Of a stretch of 64,000 nucleotides of DNA, positions 27,733-41,793 are shown piece after piece. The translations under genes and the position numbers were made by a program. Under the pieces are notes generated by a model that worked only from the letters and a program-made list of their open reading frames with translations, had not been told where the DNA came from and made no database searches. Position 1 is the first letter of the stretch; each line of letters opens with the position of its first letter. The stretch spans positions 15,748,001 to 15,812,000 of the forward strand of contig OZ320321.1 of the NCBI GenBank assembly GCA_976226885.1. Reading direction: 5' to 3'. This stretch comes from Iphione sp. A-MEVVRFRX5 (taxonomy: Eukaryota).

Positions 27733-30700
27733 AGAGAGAGAGGAAGGAAGGAAGATCAATTTTATCAGGAGTTCCACCTCTCTAGCTAAGAGTTCCACCT
27801 CTCTAACCTCTCTCACAAAACTTCCTTGCTACGGGCCTGTATATGAACATGTGTGGTTTATTTGTTAAAATTATTCTGTGTACACTATATATGGGGAGAG
27901 AAAATAAGCATAAATCATCGACTTGTTGGACTGGTATATTTACCCGCAGGTATACTCTTTATTTTGGTTTACGTATGACCAAGTTAACACCTTATCGAAA
28001 TACGTGAATTTATTATATTTTTCCATGATCGTGCATAGGTACGGGCATAAATTCGATCATTTTCAAATTGCAAACCATACATATATAGATTGTACCTATT
28101 TTGAATACAGTTTGATAATTTATGTCTGCTAAAGCTTTGTCAGACTGCGTATGTTTTGTTAATGTAAATGGAGTGCTTAGAGTTTCTAAGAAGAACATGT
28201 ATTTTCGTGTGTTGAAGGCTGAAATGTGTTGTACCCGTGTATCTGTGTAGCATGTTTTAGGCCTATGAAGCACTTTGGAAAGTTCACACCGTATTAATCC
28301 CCTAGACCAATGAAATACTCTCCATGTAAGCATGCTTGCTATCTCCATTTCTGTTCATTAGCAGAGTTCCTTACTAAAACAGTCCACAGACATGGATACA
28401 CGTCTGTGGAAAACGGGACATTGTCCCGTTTCAAAAATATGCTACAGGGAGATACGGGAACATACTACATGGGTACATGGGTACACTCCTGGTGTCATCC
28501 TATGTGCCCCCCAAAACATGCACTGACATGCTACACGGAGACACGGCTGCATGAAAATTCAACCGAATAGAGGATTCCCTACTGTACTAAAGTTACTAAG
28601 CCATGTCTTGTTCCATGCTATTAGAGAGAAGCCCGGTGTGTAATGAACCAGAGACTTGTTTAATGCCATTTTATCACATAAAAGAAGGCCACACCGTCTG
28701 AGAATCCATTCCAGTTTGTACTGTATGAAATCCAACCTTCCTTTCTAGGCCTTCTTCGAGAGAGCCAAGGGACAGTTTGGTGCACTGACGTGCGAGCTCA
28801 ATGGAAGCTGCAGCCTAGACCCGCGCAGCAGGGACTACTGCTGCTACTGTCGCTTTCAGCGTTGTCTGGATCTTCGTCTTGCAATGACAGGTTTGCATGA
28901 TAACCTATGGGAGCAGCTCCTCAAATGTGTGTTGTTTCAGTCAAATTCTACCTAGAATATAGGAGAGTGCTCTCATGCATCTTATCCCAGATAATAGTAC
29001 CTGTAGATGTAACACAGAAGTAATACGCGTGTATATAATTGATTAAAAGTAACAGACTCGTAAAGCAATCTTTTATGGATTTTTTTAACTGGATACATTT
29101 TGTATCAACTGTACTGTACGAATTTCTTCTCATTGATCCCACAGATGGCAAGGAAACGACAAGGTCCGAAGGATATTCCTCCAATAATGATGGCCAAACT
29201 TTCACCAATGAATACCTATACGAAGCACGTCATGAAACTAACGCCCATGTTTCAACAGCGTGCGCTCTGTGTCCATCCAAGTGTACTTTTCAAACCCACG
29301 AACAGGACTTTCATTGGGACAATGCATCTCTGCCTCTCCCTGAAATGGGAATAAGACAGAATTCGGTGAGCGGTACGCTGAGACAGACTGCAGCAAGTAC
29401 AGCTGGTCCTTCTGCTCGTCCTGCAGCTGCGGTCCCACCACAGCAGACACGTTTTCGAGCACCCATTCTGCAGACATTCCAGGATACCCCGCACGGCCCA
29501 TGCAGAACAATTATTGAGCCTGAAGTTGAACCGGAGTCATCTGTTTTCGATGTGCAACAGGAAGGCCGGGAAGATCATGCAATCCCGTCTGTTACAATCT
29601 CCGGGAACCATCGGTCAGTATCGCATGAAACCAACGGAAATCACCGACATTTCTCAAAGCCAACCTGGACATCGTCGGGCGAGGCCGCAGACGAAGAAGA
29701 CAGAACTCCTCTCCCCCGGTGTCTTCAAGCGGACCAGATGTCGGCCGAAAGGGAGGCAGCAGCTGAGGAGGAGGAGAGTAGTGGGGGCCTACCCCCAGGA
29801 GCCCCTGACGGGAAGGACATGTCCCCTGCGGATCTTGCAGAGGACGATTGGTGGTTGGCTGTGGCCACCGAAGGAAGGGAGGAGATATCTGGTGGCTGCG
29901 ACGGCCTTGTTTCTGTGATCATCGCCTTCAACCCTTTCCTGAACGCCGACAGGCCTCGTAGATTAACAGATTTTCTGCCCAACGTAAGTTAACCTCTGAT
30001 AAAGCAGGCCTGGAAGGGGGTGTAGTGTGGTGTGGGGATATATGGTGGTTGTGACAGCCTTGTTTCAGTGATCATCGCCTTTAACCCTTTCCTGAATGCC
30101 AACAGCCCTCACAGATTAATGGACTTACTGCCCAATATGAGTTAACCTCTGATAAAGCAGGCCTGGAAGGGGGGGGGTGGTGAGGGGTGGTGATCACTTT
30201 TGTCCGAGTTTTTCCAAGATTATAAAAATTGTTTGGCCTTTGTCTGGATAATATCAACATACTCCTCTATAACGTGTTTTGAAAAAGAATCATAATAATA
30301 TAGTCCCCAAACAAATTTAACACATGAACTTAAAAACCAGCCCTACCCTCCCCCCTTTCCTCTGTGTCTGAGGCCTAAAGTTACGGGTCTGTGCAGTGAT
30401 CCTCAACAATATTGGAAGTTACAAATATGCAGCTTTTAACAGATGTTGATTCAAGAGTGTTATCGCTCGCTTCCATTGCATTACAGATTATACGAACATA
30501 TGTGTACAATGGGACGAAATAAAAAGGCACTTGGCACTCCCTCATGATGTCTATACTAAAACCTTACACCCCCCGTATGTGTATAGTGAACGTCACTTCG
30601 CTAATGCAGCAAGTTATATGGAACTACAGAAGAGCCTCGCTTAGGAGACCAGGCTTGGGACTGGCTGATTTTGGTCTCTACTGAGAGGTGACCTCCTTTG

Positions 30701-33700
30701 TGAAGCACTGGTATTCTATAATCACAACTAATTCTCCAATGGTAATAAAATGATCCCAAATGATAATAAATGGTAAATAGCTCTGGGGATATGGTCAGTA
30801 GCATCTGCAGCAGTGCTCCTAACCTCTCCCAGCCTGTCCCTCACACCTCCTCCAAGGTATTAAGACCATGGCCGTGTCTCTCTTAACCATGGACACCCTC
30901 CTCCAGGATGTGTATGGTCTCCTCTGTGGAGCAATATGGTGTGTTTGGGACTGGAAAACTTTTCTTGCTTGAAATGGTCTCCCCTGTGAGGTGGTCTCCT
31001 TTGTGAGGTTTTTACTTATAGGAAATATACAGAAAAGTGGTCGGGTCTGACCAATTTTGGTCTCTCCCCGGGTTTGGTCTCCCCTGTGAAATGGTTTTTA
31101 ACCAAGTCTCCACTGTAATAGAGGAAGGGTGGGTAATTTGGACCCCCTAAGAAAACATGCTCTAAAATCAAAATGTCTAAGCCACTGTACAAAAACTTTG
31201 CTTATTTTGAAGCAATAGGGGCTGCAGCATATTTCAACAAACTGGGGAAATTTAAGTTAGATTAGTCTTCGAGTAAAATGCAATTGAAAAGTTTTTATTA
31301 CTGGTACAGTTCACCGAACAGGGAGGGTAAATTGGACGAGGTGCCATAGTCTGAACAGTCAGGTGTAAAATTAATCTAAGTCCTAGAATTGTATGTCCCA
31401 TGAACAACAGCATGGCTTTGAAAGGTTTTGGTCACTATTAGTTGTAATGCCAATTGACTTTGTGACTTTTACCATCAAAATATGTACAACAGAATGGGAC
31501 CTGCATTCCTTGGGTATTAGATTCCTTTCATAGCTGTTACTGCAACTTTATAAACTGTGTGTACATGTATATTTAAAATGTTTCACCAAACATTTTAAAA
31601 TCTGGAAAAATTCATTTGACAAGATAACCTCTCAGGCCTAAAAAGCTCCTTGCACTAGTGACAGGAGCTTTGTTGATGACCTTCTTGAATACTCGGGCAA
31701 ATTACCACACATCTATACCAGTTATCTTGTCATTAAAAGTCCAAAATATGTTAAAACCAAAAGTAAATAAAATAAAAACCAATAAATGTTTCTCTATTTA
31801 TTTTTAAAATGATGCCTTTCATTTCAATAAAAAATACTTACAGTAGAAAAGGGTACATCATGGAGTTCCATAAACTTGCACTACATTTACTGTCTTAGTC
31901 CAAAATAGATTGTCTTCATATGATAGCTCCATGTTGAGATCAAATACGGATACCACAAGGTTTCTCCAAAACCTGCTTAACAGATAAAAGAAAAGGTAAT
32001 AGTTGTGTAGGTAGATTGGACTGAGTCAGGTAGTTTGACCAGTGGTCCAATATACCCTTCCTATAGTGGTCCAATTTACCCACACACGAATCCCCAGGAA
32101 AAATGTTTTCTGCTCATTTTTGTATAGATGACAGAGACTAAACTTGATGTTAGTATTGCTTCTGAATGAGACCGTATTGATATAAAGTTATGATAGGGGT
32201 CTATGTACTTTCTGCTCGCAACTATATTGCCAAATATAATTGGTAAAATTAGATCAGTGAGACATAAAACCAATAATGTGTCTCAGCTTGGCACATGTCT
32301 TTTTGAAGCCACCATATTTTAGTTCTGAGACATTGTGTAGTTATATCACTTGTTGTTGGATGGTGCTCATATTCCTTCCTTGCCTGAAAATCAGCGATCT
32401 TGATGTGGTCCAATTTGCCCACTGGTCTAAATTACCCACCTTTCCCCTACATTACTATTCCTCCCATAAATCCAGCCACTTCAATATTCCAGCCAAATTG
32501 GGATCAAACCACTGCAGACCGGACTAGTGAGGTTGCACTGTAATGTAATCATTTCTACCACCATTCACGATGCCTTTCCTTCGCGTTTAAATCATGCATG
32601 ATTTCTCAGTCATTGAACAGAATCAACACTGTCCTCTCGCACCCGGCGCTACACACCTTTCCATCACTCCTGGAATATGCATACATATACATATATGTAT
32701 AAGCACAGGACAATGAAACCTCAGTAATCCAGGCAGCAATGGTTCCTTCCTGATATGTAATGTATAACAGATATTCAGTTCCATCTCAGTGGCTGTACTC
32801 GTGAATTGACCCGATTAGGTCAGGTGGCCGCATAATGAGGGTTCACCATGCAAGTATGCAATATACAGTGGAACCTCTCTACTATGGACAGCAAAGGGAC
32901 TGACCAAAAGGTCTCTATAAAGAGGGGTGTCCGTTATAGCAGGGTATTTAAACATGTTTCTATGGATTTGCTTCTGTTTCCAGCCTGTACATAATATGAG
33001 GTGTCCTTTATAGAGGGTGTCCTTAGTAGAGGGGTTCCACTGTATGGTCCCTAATTTTGGTTATGTCGACATGTGATCTATCCCTGGTGCCACATTTGAC
33101 TGTATACATGTACATGTATTTTGATTACTTTGTGTATTCCTTTAAAACAACGGTTATATATAGGTTCTCGACTTGAGTTCAGACACGCTGGAGGAGTCGC
33201 CCTTGCACAACCTAACGCTCTTCATCAGACTGGGACTGCAGCTTCCAGGTCTGGCCACCTTGTTTATAGTATCGTTACACCTTGAAACAAAGTGATTTCC
33301 TCAACCGAGCCTTCATGACAGGCTCATGACACGTTGAGAAATTGTTTGTCGTTCTTTTCTGAAGTTTCTAATGCATGCGTTTGGTCAATGCTGAAATGAC
33401 CTACGTACTGACGATAGAATATTATAAACCGAAAAAATACACAAGATTCATCATGACATAAAAGAAGGTATAACGAAGTAAAATCAAAGATTAAGTCTTC
33501 CGGATCCATGCACCATTAGACGTGTACCATTACCTCTTGAAGATAACTGTTCATTGTGCCGTCAAAATCTCACCTATGCTGTTTCTATTGTATCCTTGAT
33601 ATTTATAATAATCTATTCAGCATTGTCAAACCAGTTGTTTGGTTGTCTTCAAATAGGCCTACTAGTTATTCCCTGAAGGGTTTAATCTATTGGACTATAA

Positions 33701-35854
33701 CTTCAAAACGCTTCACCCTGAAATCTGGCCTGGACATACCATCATCTGTACATGCTTCTCTAATTCTACAAAAAGGGACTTAATTTCCATGTGCATAATG
33801 GTCAATTCTACCAATTCTTCTACGAGTCACGGAGAATACACTGTAGAAAAAATGTATCTAAATGAGAAATATACTGTAGCCTTAAAAATGCATAGTTTTA
33901 TTCAAGAAACAACAGGAAATGTGTAATTTTAAAAAGGCTAGTAACTTTGCAGGATGAGTGAGGAAAATAAAATATGTATTTTTCCTAAATTTCTCAGCCA
34001 GCATTCTTTGGAACAGTATTAAATATACATCAATAGAAAGATTTGGGGTAGCGCATATCCGAAATACTGAACAAAGTGTTGAAAATGATGAACAAAAAAG
34101 TGTTTAAAATTACCATAATGACCCTGTTTTGTCAAACTTAAGTAAAGTTGTGTATTCTACAACACTGGTTCAAAAATTGGTGGAATTACAATGTATTTTT
34201 GTGCTGCCACTGACTCCTTTTTTTAATGGTGACATGTCATAATGAAGGTAATATGGATTCCCTGGAAGTCTCATAATAATATTGGGTGATATATACATTG
34301 TATACCGGTACCCACAACTTGAACACATTTAGCCTGAGACCCTTCTCCTTCTCCTCCTCCTCCGCCTTCGGAGAATACTCTTGCAGACGTGGATCTGATC
34401 CACCCTGACGACCTGTACACTGTCATCCGCTCCGGCTGTGCTGAAGCGCACATCCTGGCCGCTATGGCTGCTGGCGGTGGTCACCAACAGCTGGAGGCTT
34501 CCTCCAGTACCGTGGGAAACTTCACGGCATCCAGCCATGGCACTGACTACCACTCGGACCAATGCGAGAAGAGGAAACCGTTGAAGGCTCTGGCAGCGCT
34601 CCACCGGGACGTCTCCTCTCTCCAGGCCGATTTGACGGAGATCGGTTTCTTAATAGCGTTCTGCTTCTTAACGCCAGGTTTGATCATTGATATGACCACT
34701 AAACATAACGTCTGGCTTGTCAAATCAAGCAAGGTAACATCTACCCACCTCAGTGCAGGTTCATGTTCTGACCACAGTTCGATAAATTAAAGAATTTAAC
34801 TCTTATGATTCCTTTATTATGTTTGTAACTTATGTGTATATCCTCTATTTTGTCCATTTGGTTGGTTTTGATAGACACAAAACACTATCCTTATGATATT
34901 TCTGTGATAAAAAAATCTGAACCGACTACATGACTGCCGTCCTTTTTTCATAAAATCAAATACAGAACAATCACCTCAGTTATCCAGTAGAAAGAGTTTA
35001 TCTACCATGTTGTGGTCACCTCACCAAAACATGTTTTGGGTAATGTATCACCGCCAATCATGTTAGGTTTTTCATGCAAGTTGCAAGTGAGAGAAAACAT
35101 CATAGATATAGGGATGAGGTATGATGGCATTGGGGATTTCTTTGGTAGAAATGTCTTCAAATTCAACCATAAATGTAAATTATTTTTTACACCAAAATTT
35201 CTTGAAAGTGGACAATAACTATATAAATTATGTGCTTTCAGGGGACATTTTTTTAAAAAGTGGATCATACCTGTGTAAGCTGTGCATTTCTTATGCCAAT
35301 AATGTGCACTGTTTCAATTCTTCTTACAGACAGACCAAACCTACGCCATCCAGACAAAATAAAGCATCTTACAGCCAAGTATATCACCACTTTAGGGACT
35401 TATCTCTCAGGTAAACCCGTGGTGATTATTTATAACTGCCTTACTAAGGGTGACCCCTGTATGATAGTTGGGATATCAAAACAAAGATAAAACAACGTAG
35501 AATTCTTCTATTCCTGTCAACTTAGACCTAACTTAGGCCTAATATATTTTGCTGTGGTCCGGTTTTAAATTATTGTTATGTAACTGGTCGAATATATGCG
35601 GGATGGTTTTTGTTAAATCTTGGACGGATGATGTCCACATTTTCAGTAATTAATAAAATATAAAGATACGCATCATTCTTCTAACAGACACCCACGCAGA
35701 CTCATCGTACCGCATGAGGGCGCTGCTATCGCTGGTGCCTTCGATCCACGGCATCGGACGACTGTTTCATTTGGTAACCAGCCAAACGGAGGTCCCTCTC
35801 TCCAATTGTCCGTGGGTGGCCAGCTTGACACAAGCAGCGGGCGATCCAGACTAG
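27275..35854 (+). CDS. Divergent nuclear receptor (NR1-type, NR1J/HR96-like), 7 coding exons, about 567 aa
   Basis: Exons 27275-27373, 28749-28890, 29145-29983, 33164-33248, 34387-34677, 35330-35410, 35688-35854 are all phase-compatible (total 1704 nt). DBD CSVCGRKADGFTCDVYVCEECK|AFFER..LTCELNGSC..CCYCRFQRCL; LBD FIRLGLQLP|DVDLIHPDDLYTVIRSGCAE..LTEIGFLIAFCFLTP|DRPNL. The start codon is uncertain because an acceptor precedes it at 27269. Confidence 0.9.
27448..27839 (+). mobile_element. CAGGCCCGTAGCC-TIR MITE, copy 1 (hAT-like), in nuclear receptor intron
   Basis: TIRs aggcccgtagc/gctacgggcctg; GGGGGTATCG-TC-CGATACCCCC hairpin; CCACCTCTCTA repeats; (GA)n; tatat on both flanks. Confidence 0.8.
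29885..30175 (+). repeat. 153-bp tandem duplication spanning the nuclear receptor exon 3 donor
   Basis: The second copy has GTAAGT changed to ATGAGT at 30137. Confidence 0.9.
30627..31115. mobile_element. TA-flanked CAG...CTG MITE with GGTCTCCCCTG repeats
   Basis: ta|cagaagagcctcgcttaggagacc ... accaagtctccactg|ta; related to 44254-44437 and 52551-52730. Confidence 0.6.
32866..33042. mobile_element. Tc1/mariner(pogo)-type MITE
   Basis: ta|cagtggaacctctctacta ... tagtagaggggttccactg|ta. Confidence 0.85.
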
Positions 35855-37659
35855 AACACGCATGCACCAAGTAGCCACACCGATGCTGTTCAGTAACAAG
35901 ACACGGTGTACTCTCACAACCTCATAATGTTTATGTTGAATATCCATGCACCCATGTCTCTGCGTAATGTGTCCATGTGTTTTATTTGCTTGGGTTATTT
36001 GGGGGGTTGGGGTGGGGGGAGAATATAGATTAACACCAGGAGTGTACTCATGCACATGTGGAACATCTCCTGTGTCTCTGTGTAATGTGCTGTTTTTTAA
36101 TCCACCGATATGTATCCATGTGTTCTTTTCCTGTTGGGGGGGGGAGGAGGGAGAGGAAGTATAGTGATCTACATATACAAACATGCTACACATATGGTAT
36201 TTTAGTGGTTTGTGGGATTAATTCTGTGGGATTACTCAACCTCCCAGGGGACCAATTGGGCCTTGTTACCACTTTCCTGGGCTGGTTGCATTGTGTTCTA
36301 TCCTAGAACCTTCAACCTAATTTCTTACATGGACATTGACGAGGTTACTCTTTACCCAGTATCTTTTCATGTGAGGCTTCTTAATGTCATTTATACTTTA
36401 ACATCGGATGGTCCTTTTGGGGGTTGGGGGTGGAGGAATGGACCTTGTCACATATTGGCATTGGCATGGGAGGTCTGACTTTCTCCTAGGTTTCTTGGCT
36501 TGTGTGCCCTTGGAATCAGGCTGAGAATGTGTGGTATAGCTGACAGCTTCTGTGACCTGTTCCCCCCCCCCCCTGCATTAGTACCATCTGCTACTTCTAA
36601 CTGACATCCCATAGGGCTGTCGTTTCTTCTTAGATTTTTACTAACAGTGTCACTGCCTACCACAGGGGAGAAGGGAACTTGTATTTAGTCAGGCTAGGGT
36701 AGTCTTTCACATGTCTGATTCCTTACCAGTGCATCTGTGCACTACAATTACTATGTCACATTTTGGACTTAAGACAGACTTATGTTTTGAGGGTGTCAAC
36801 TGGACCTGTCCCATATGCATATCAGAGACGGGTCATGCTGTGCTTTAAGCAACATTGGGTTAACACTGACTTGTATGGTGGTACAGTACTTAAGTGCTCT
36901 TATAATGACTTTGTTCCTGTGATAAGTGTTAGTGCCAACAAGTCTGCAAGATACTGTTTACACTTATATAACCTCAGACACTCATGTACAATCACTGACC
37001 TAGCACCTTTCAGAAAGCAGACTGTATATTACTGAGAATGTACATGTATATTACCGTGCTTCTTGTGATGCATGTTTACCTCTATCATTATCTATACAAT
37101 GCTGGTCAATCTTTCTTTATCTATATTATACTTGCACTTCTTTTTAATTGCTACACTAGTTTTTCCCTTCACTGCCATGAAAACCTCAAGATACATTGTC
37201 TGGGACTGGTCAATATAACTACATGTATTCAATTCAGCATGAGCAAACCTTTCCCAGCCCTCGATGGGCCTAGATCACACTAGATGGATGCATCAAAATT
37301 CAACCTAAGGACAGTGACAAACTCAGATTAGGTTTTATATCAACTCCAACACATCCCGCTGATTAACAAAGGAGATTTTATCATCCCACATTAAGAAATT
37401 AATATTTTAACTGATTTTCTGGCATGTTTCCAAGTTTGTTTTTTTTTGGGGGGGGGGGCGTAAATCGTCCTTGATGGTCGAACATCAACTCACAGTGTAC
37501 TTATATGTTCATGTAATACCCATTTTTAATCACTAATAACTTACGAGTTCAAAAAAATCTCGGGGTCTGCAACATTTTCTTATACTTTCACGAATTGCCG
37601 GGTGTCTTAATTTGTGTATACATGTATGTTTATACACACACATACACATATATACATAT

Positions 37660-37913
37660 TGTTGTAGTTTTGGGGAGTTTGAGTCACAGAGGGGTTGAGT
37701 CGGGATTTAGCAGAGGGATGTTTGGGCGGAGGGACTTTTTACCAGAGCGATGAGGGAGGGATTCGTGGAGGGGTTTAAAATCTATATACAAAGGTAAATC
37801 TGTTTTTGTGGAGCTTCGAGTCCAGTTCCTGTACTACCGTCATTCTTGGATATTCTTCAATAAATTTCTAAACTTGACCTGCTCTGGAGTTTATTCAATG
37901 GCAAAAGCTAACA
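37660..37913 (+). mobile_element. Solo LTR (254 bp), Ty3/gypsy-like
   Basis: TGTTG...TAACA ends; 4-bp ATAT on both sides; TATA-like TATATACAAA near 37783; AATAAA near 37859; embedded in a (TA/CA)n tract. Confidence 0.65.
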
Positions 37914-38925
37914 ATATACATGTATGTACACATGTACAAGTCAATTAACACTACACTATTCTCACCAGGGCATAGAATGACAATCTGTACGTCTTTGGGC
38001 AGAATTCAACGCCAAAGCAGTAAGTCACGTATTATTCCTCGAAACTAGATGATTATCATTCCAATGCATTGTAAGACATACTAAGAAAACGTAATAACAG
38101 TCATACATTTCTATCCGATTACAGATTTATATTTATGGGTTATTTATGTATGGATGAATCATGCCAACAATTCAATCGCAATGAAAAGCCATGAAGTCAG
38201 GATAATTTTTTGAGTAGAAAAATATCTTTATTCCTGAAAATGACTAGAAAATGCCTCCAGTATGATAAACTCCCCAAGCGCCGTGCTAAATCTTGGTGAC
38301 TTGACGTGTGTGGTTAGTCTCTTATCTATCAGTGTTATCAAGTATTGCTAGTTTCTCCCGATGAATACCATTACCTAAAAAAACTGTAGAGTGTACCAAG
38401 CCCCCCCCCCCCCTGGCCCCAGCGAAGTCTGTCGTGTAGTTTTCCATTCAAACATCACCGTGAGGGGAAAAAATTGGGGGGCGTCGGTGGTGGTCTCATG
38501 TGTCTGAGAAACGAGAATAAGTGGCTCGTCGCTAATATTACAGGGATGATAAAATGATTCACCATGATCACCAAATGATTCACCACCGTCATGGAATGAT
38601 GAAATGAAATGAAATAACGGGTGGTTTATTATCAGCTGTATATGAGACTGAATGAAGTGAACTGAACGCATCAAAGGGAATCATCAACGACACATGTTAG
38701 CTGCACCTGGAATTCAAAAAGAAAAAAAAAGGATTTACATGAGAACCTTGTAAAATAAATGGAGAATTACACATTTAGGTTGTAGGATGATTGTGGAATA
38801 CCAAAAAAATGGAACTACATGAGAATTATCTCAAATACAGGAGAACTGACACCTTTAGGTTGAAGAAAGACTAACGACAACCAAAACGCATTTGACGTGA
38901 ATTGAAACAAATTAATAACAGTTAG

Positions 38926-39183
38926 GTCATACACCATGATAATGAGTTTTATTTTCCTCTTGAGGTTTTCTCTACCAACTCTGCTCATCTTTATCACACT
39001 GCAAGCAACATTCGGAAGGCTGAAGAGTTGTACCGTGTTTGTGCATGTGACCTAATACACCATGATAATGGGTTTTATTTTCCTCTTGAGGTTTTCTCTA
39101 CCAACTCTGCTCGTCTTTATCACACTGCAAGCAACATTCGGAAGGCTGAAGAAGTTGTGCCGCGTTCGTGCATGTGACCTACA
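38926..39183. repeat. Tandem duplication, about 123-bp unit x2
   Basis: atacaccatgataatg..gcatgtgacc repeated nearly identically. Confidence 0.9.
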
Positions 39184-39739
39184 CCCACAGCTGTTCTGTA
39201 TTTATGTGGATATACAAGAACATATACAGACATGTTTTATTGTACACCTGCCGTACAGTGTAGCTCTTTATCTTACTTACATATCTCAAGAAAGGGAATA
39301 TATGGCTGATTGCAAGAGCTTAAACACCCTGCGTTGTCTGCGTGGGTTAAATTTCTCAAACCTGTTGGAAGAGAGGTGGTTTTCGTGAATTCTGTGTAAG
39401 TTAACTAAACCCTCTAGGGTAGGAGGTTTAAGCCACCGTTAACTTAGCCACCGGTTTAAATTGAAGACAGTGCCCTAGCAGTCTGCCAATAGACAGCAAA
39501 AAAAACTCCACGGAAATAAGGAATTTTAAAAATTTGTCCTGGAAATGAAAAGTTGGGCTGAACACATTAACATTTTACATTACCTTAATGAGATAAAGAG
39601 TGAACACACGGATTAATACCGTAACTGAAGTGAAAATAAAACAAATACTACTAGTATACAATGTAATGCGTGTGAAAACAAAGGGCCGTACCGGCAAAAT
39701 CAAAAGAGCCAAGTGTCCAAACGAAATCAAGAAGTGTAA

Positions 39740-40035
39740 TTAGTTAACAGAGCATGAGACTTCTGAAGAGCGAATACCCAAGAACAAGCTGGTCTTGACG
39801 GTGAATATGTCTACGGTTTACAGAAGTCATCTCTGGGTTCGCAACCATAAAGATACTTCCACGAAACTTCGGATGTCCTGGCATCCCTATTAGTTAACAG
39901 AGTATGAGACGTCTGAAGTGGGAAGACCGACAACAAGTTGGTCTCGACAGTTAATATGTCTAAGTTTTACAGAAGTCATCTCGGGTTTTGTAAACGTACG
40001 ATACCTCAATGAAATTTGGGATTTGCAGGCATCCG
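39740..40035. repeat. Diverged tandem duplication, about 150-bp unit x2
   Basis: ttagttaacagag..tttacagaagtcatctc..ggcatcc repeated. Confidence 0.8.
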
Positions 40036-41793
40036 GGTAAGGTCAACTTTCCATATGCCTAGGTTTGCTGTTTGTAATTTTGCCTGGAACCACGCGAACA
40101 ATACTGCTGTGAATGGGGACTGTCCCAGTCCAATAAACAAATCCATGTTGTTTTGGTGGGGGGGGGGGGGCGGAACTCACACAAACATGGAAAGTAGGGA
40201 TACAAAGGTAGAAATTTCATGTTTTTTCTTTTTAAATCTTCATACGTGCAGGCATAAATTTATTCCGACGATCCTCTCCACCAGTACATAATTCCGTTCA
40301 CTGTCCTTCTCCTGTGTAACCCACAGATACAGAAATTACAATTTACCTCGAAGAACAGCACACCGCTGCAATACAATGTATATTGGTGGTGTGTTTTTTT
40401 TTCCCAGAACTACCTTCCACACTGTACTAAAAATGTAACTGGAACAGAAAAAAAGCACCACAAGGCACAGACATGTCCTACATGCTTACTTATATCAAAC
40501 CAGGATACATATATATATGGATATCGATTCAAAGAGAACACCGCAAACGATTGCAAATATGTATTACGTGTCGAATACGCGGAGGGACCAATATCGTTCG
40601 GCTGATGAGCCCCCAGAATTAACTTGATTGTTCGGGCTCCAACTGCATGTACCTCCTTTATTTCTTCGTCTATCAGCCGTGTGTGAAAACACCAACCGAA
40701 ATCTTGTGCTCGAGACATGTAAACTTTTAATAGCTGTTTTTATTAAACCGTGTGTGTGAAAGAGAGGAGGGACTTCTTCCATCGCGTTCGTCGTACCACC
40801 CAGCCCACCCCCCTCCCGTTTCCGCTGTTCCTTTTTTTCTTGGTAAGAAACATTATTAAAGGGGAATCAATTATACTGCCTACTGCGTGCTTTTAACATC
40901 CTCAACAAAACCTAGAAACAGTCGCAATTCAAAAGCAATAATGACTAAAGAGGATGGTCTCGTATTTTGAATAACTACCGTCCCTGAAAGTGTTCTGGTG
41001 ATGGCATCTGAATATGCCACGTGAAATTCTTGTCACCAACAACCCCCGCTCCCGCAAGAACCCATCCCCCATCCTTAACCCTGCACCTCGAGATGCACAC
41101 GAGTCTGTGAGAAAGAAACCCTTTCTATTTATAGGTCCTTAACTGTTCCACTGCTATGCTGCCTAGTTCAGAAAAAAAACGCGGTTCAGCCATATATATA
41201 TACATATATATATATATACATATATGACCTACTTATAAACTCCGTGTGAAGAGTTGCTCATTTATATAGTCTCTGGAGTTACACCACTGTCAGTCGTTTT
41301 GATCCTCATCCTCATCTTTGTACACTATTTTTTTCTCCCATGTCGTCCTTGACTCGACGTCCACTATCATACTTATCACAATGTCAGGATGGCAGTCAGA
41401 ACTCGGCACCGAAGGGGTGCCCCCCCGGGGCGAACATCTACAGCACGCCTTTGAATGCTACTAAGAGTTGCGGTCTCCCAGAGGAGTCCAACATTCCTGG
41501 GTCTGTCTTTGGCCTTCCAGGGCCAGGCTGGTCATACTCTTAAGGTTGAGAGGGAACTCTGAACGTATCCCCTGCACACTTCCAGCCTTCTGCACTGCCC
41601 CCCCTAAGGATGGGAGGGTGGGGGTGTCAAACAAGGGTGCTTCTGTTGTGAATGCTTGGACCCAGGAGCAGGCCTCATCGCCCTCTTCATGCGCCACCTC
41701 GTGGCGGGGGTTACCTGAAGACTGACTGCTGCTTGTCCAGCTCCACCTCCTTCTTTCTGGTCGCCCTCTCCATGTGCCACCTGGTGGCGGGGG

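Noticed and set aside
29100-29918. Alternative-frame ORFs within nuclear receptor exon 3
   Set aside because: Only the 29039 frame is phase-compatible with both flanking exons; the others contain stops.
40410-41725. Short ORFs downstream of the large gene as a separate gene or recombinase
   Set aside because: No convincing motif or consistent exon chain.
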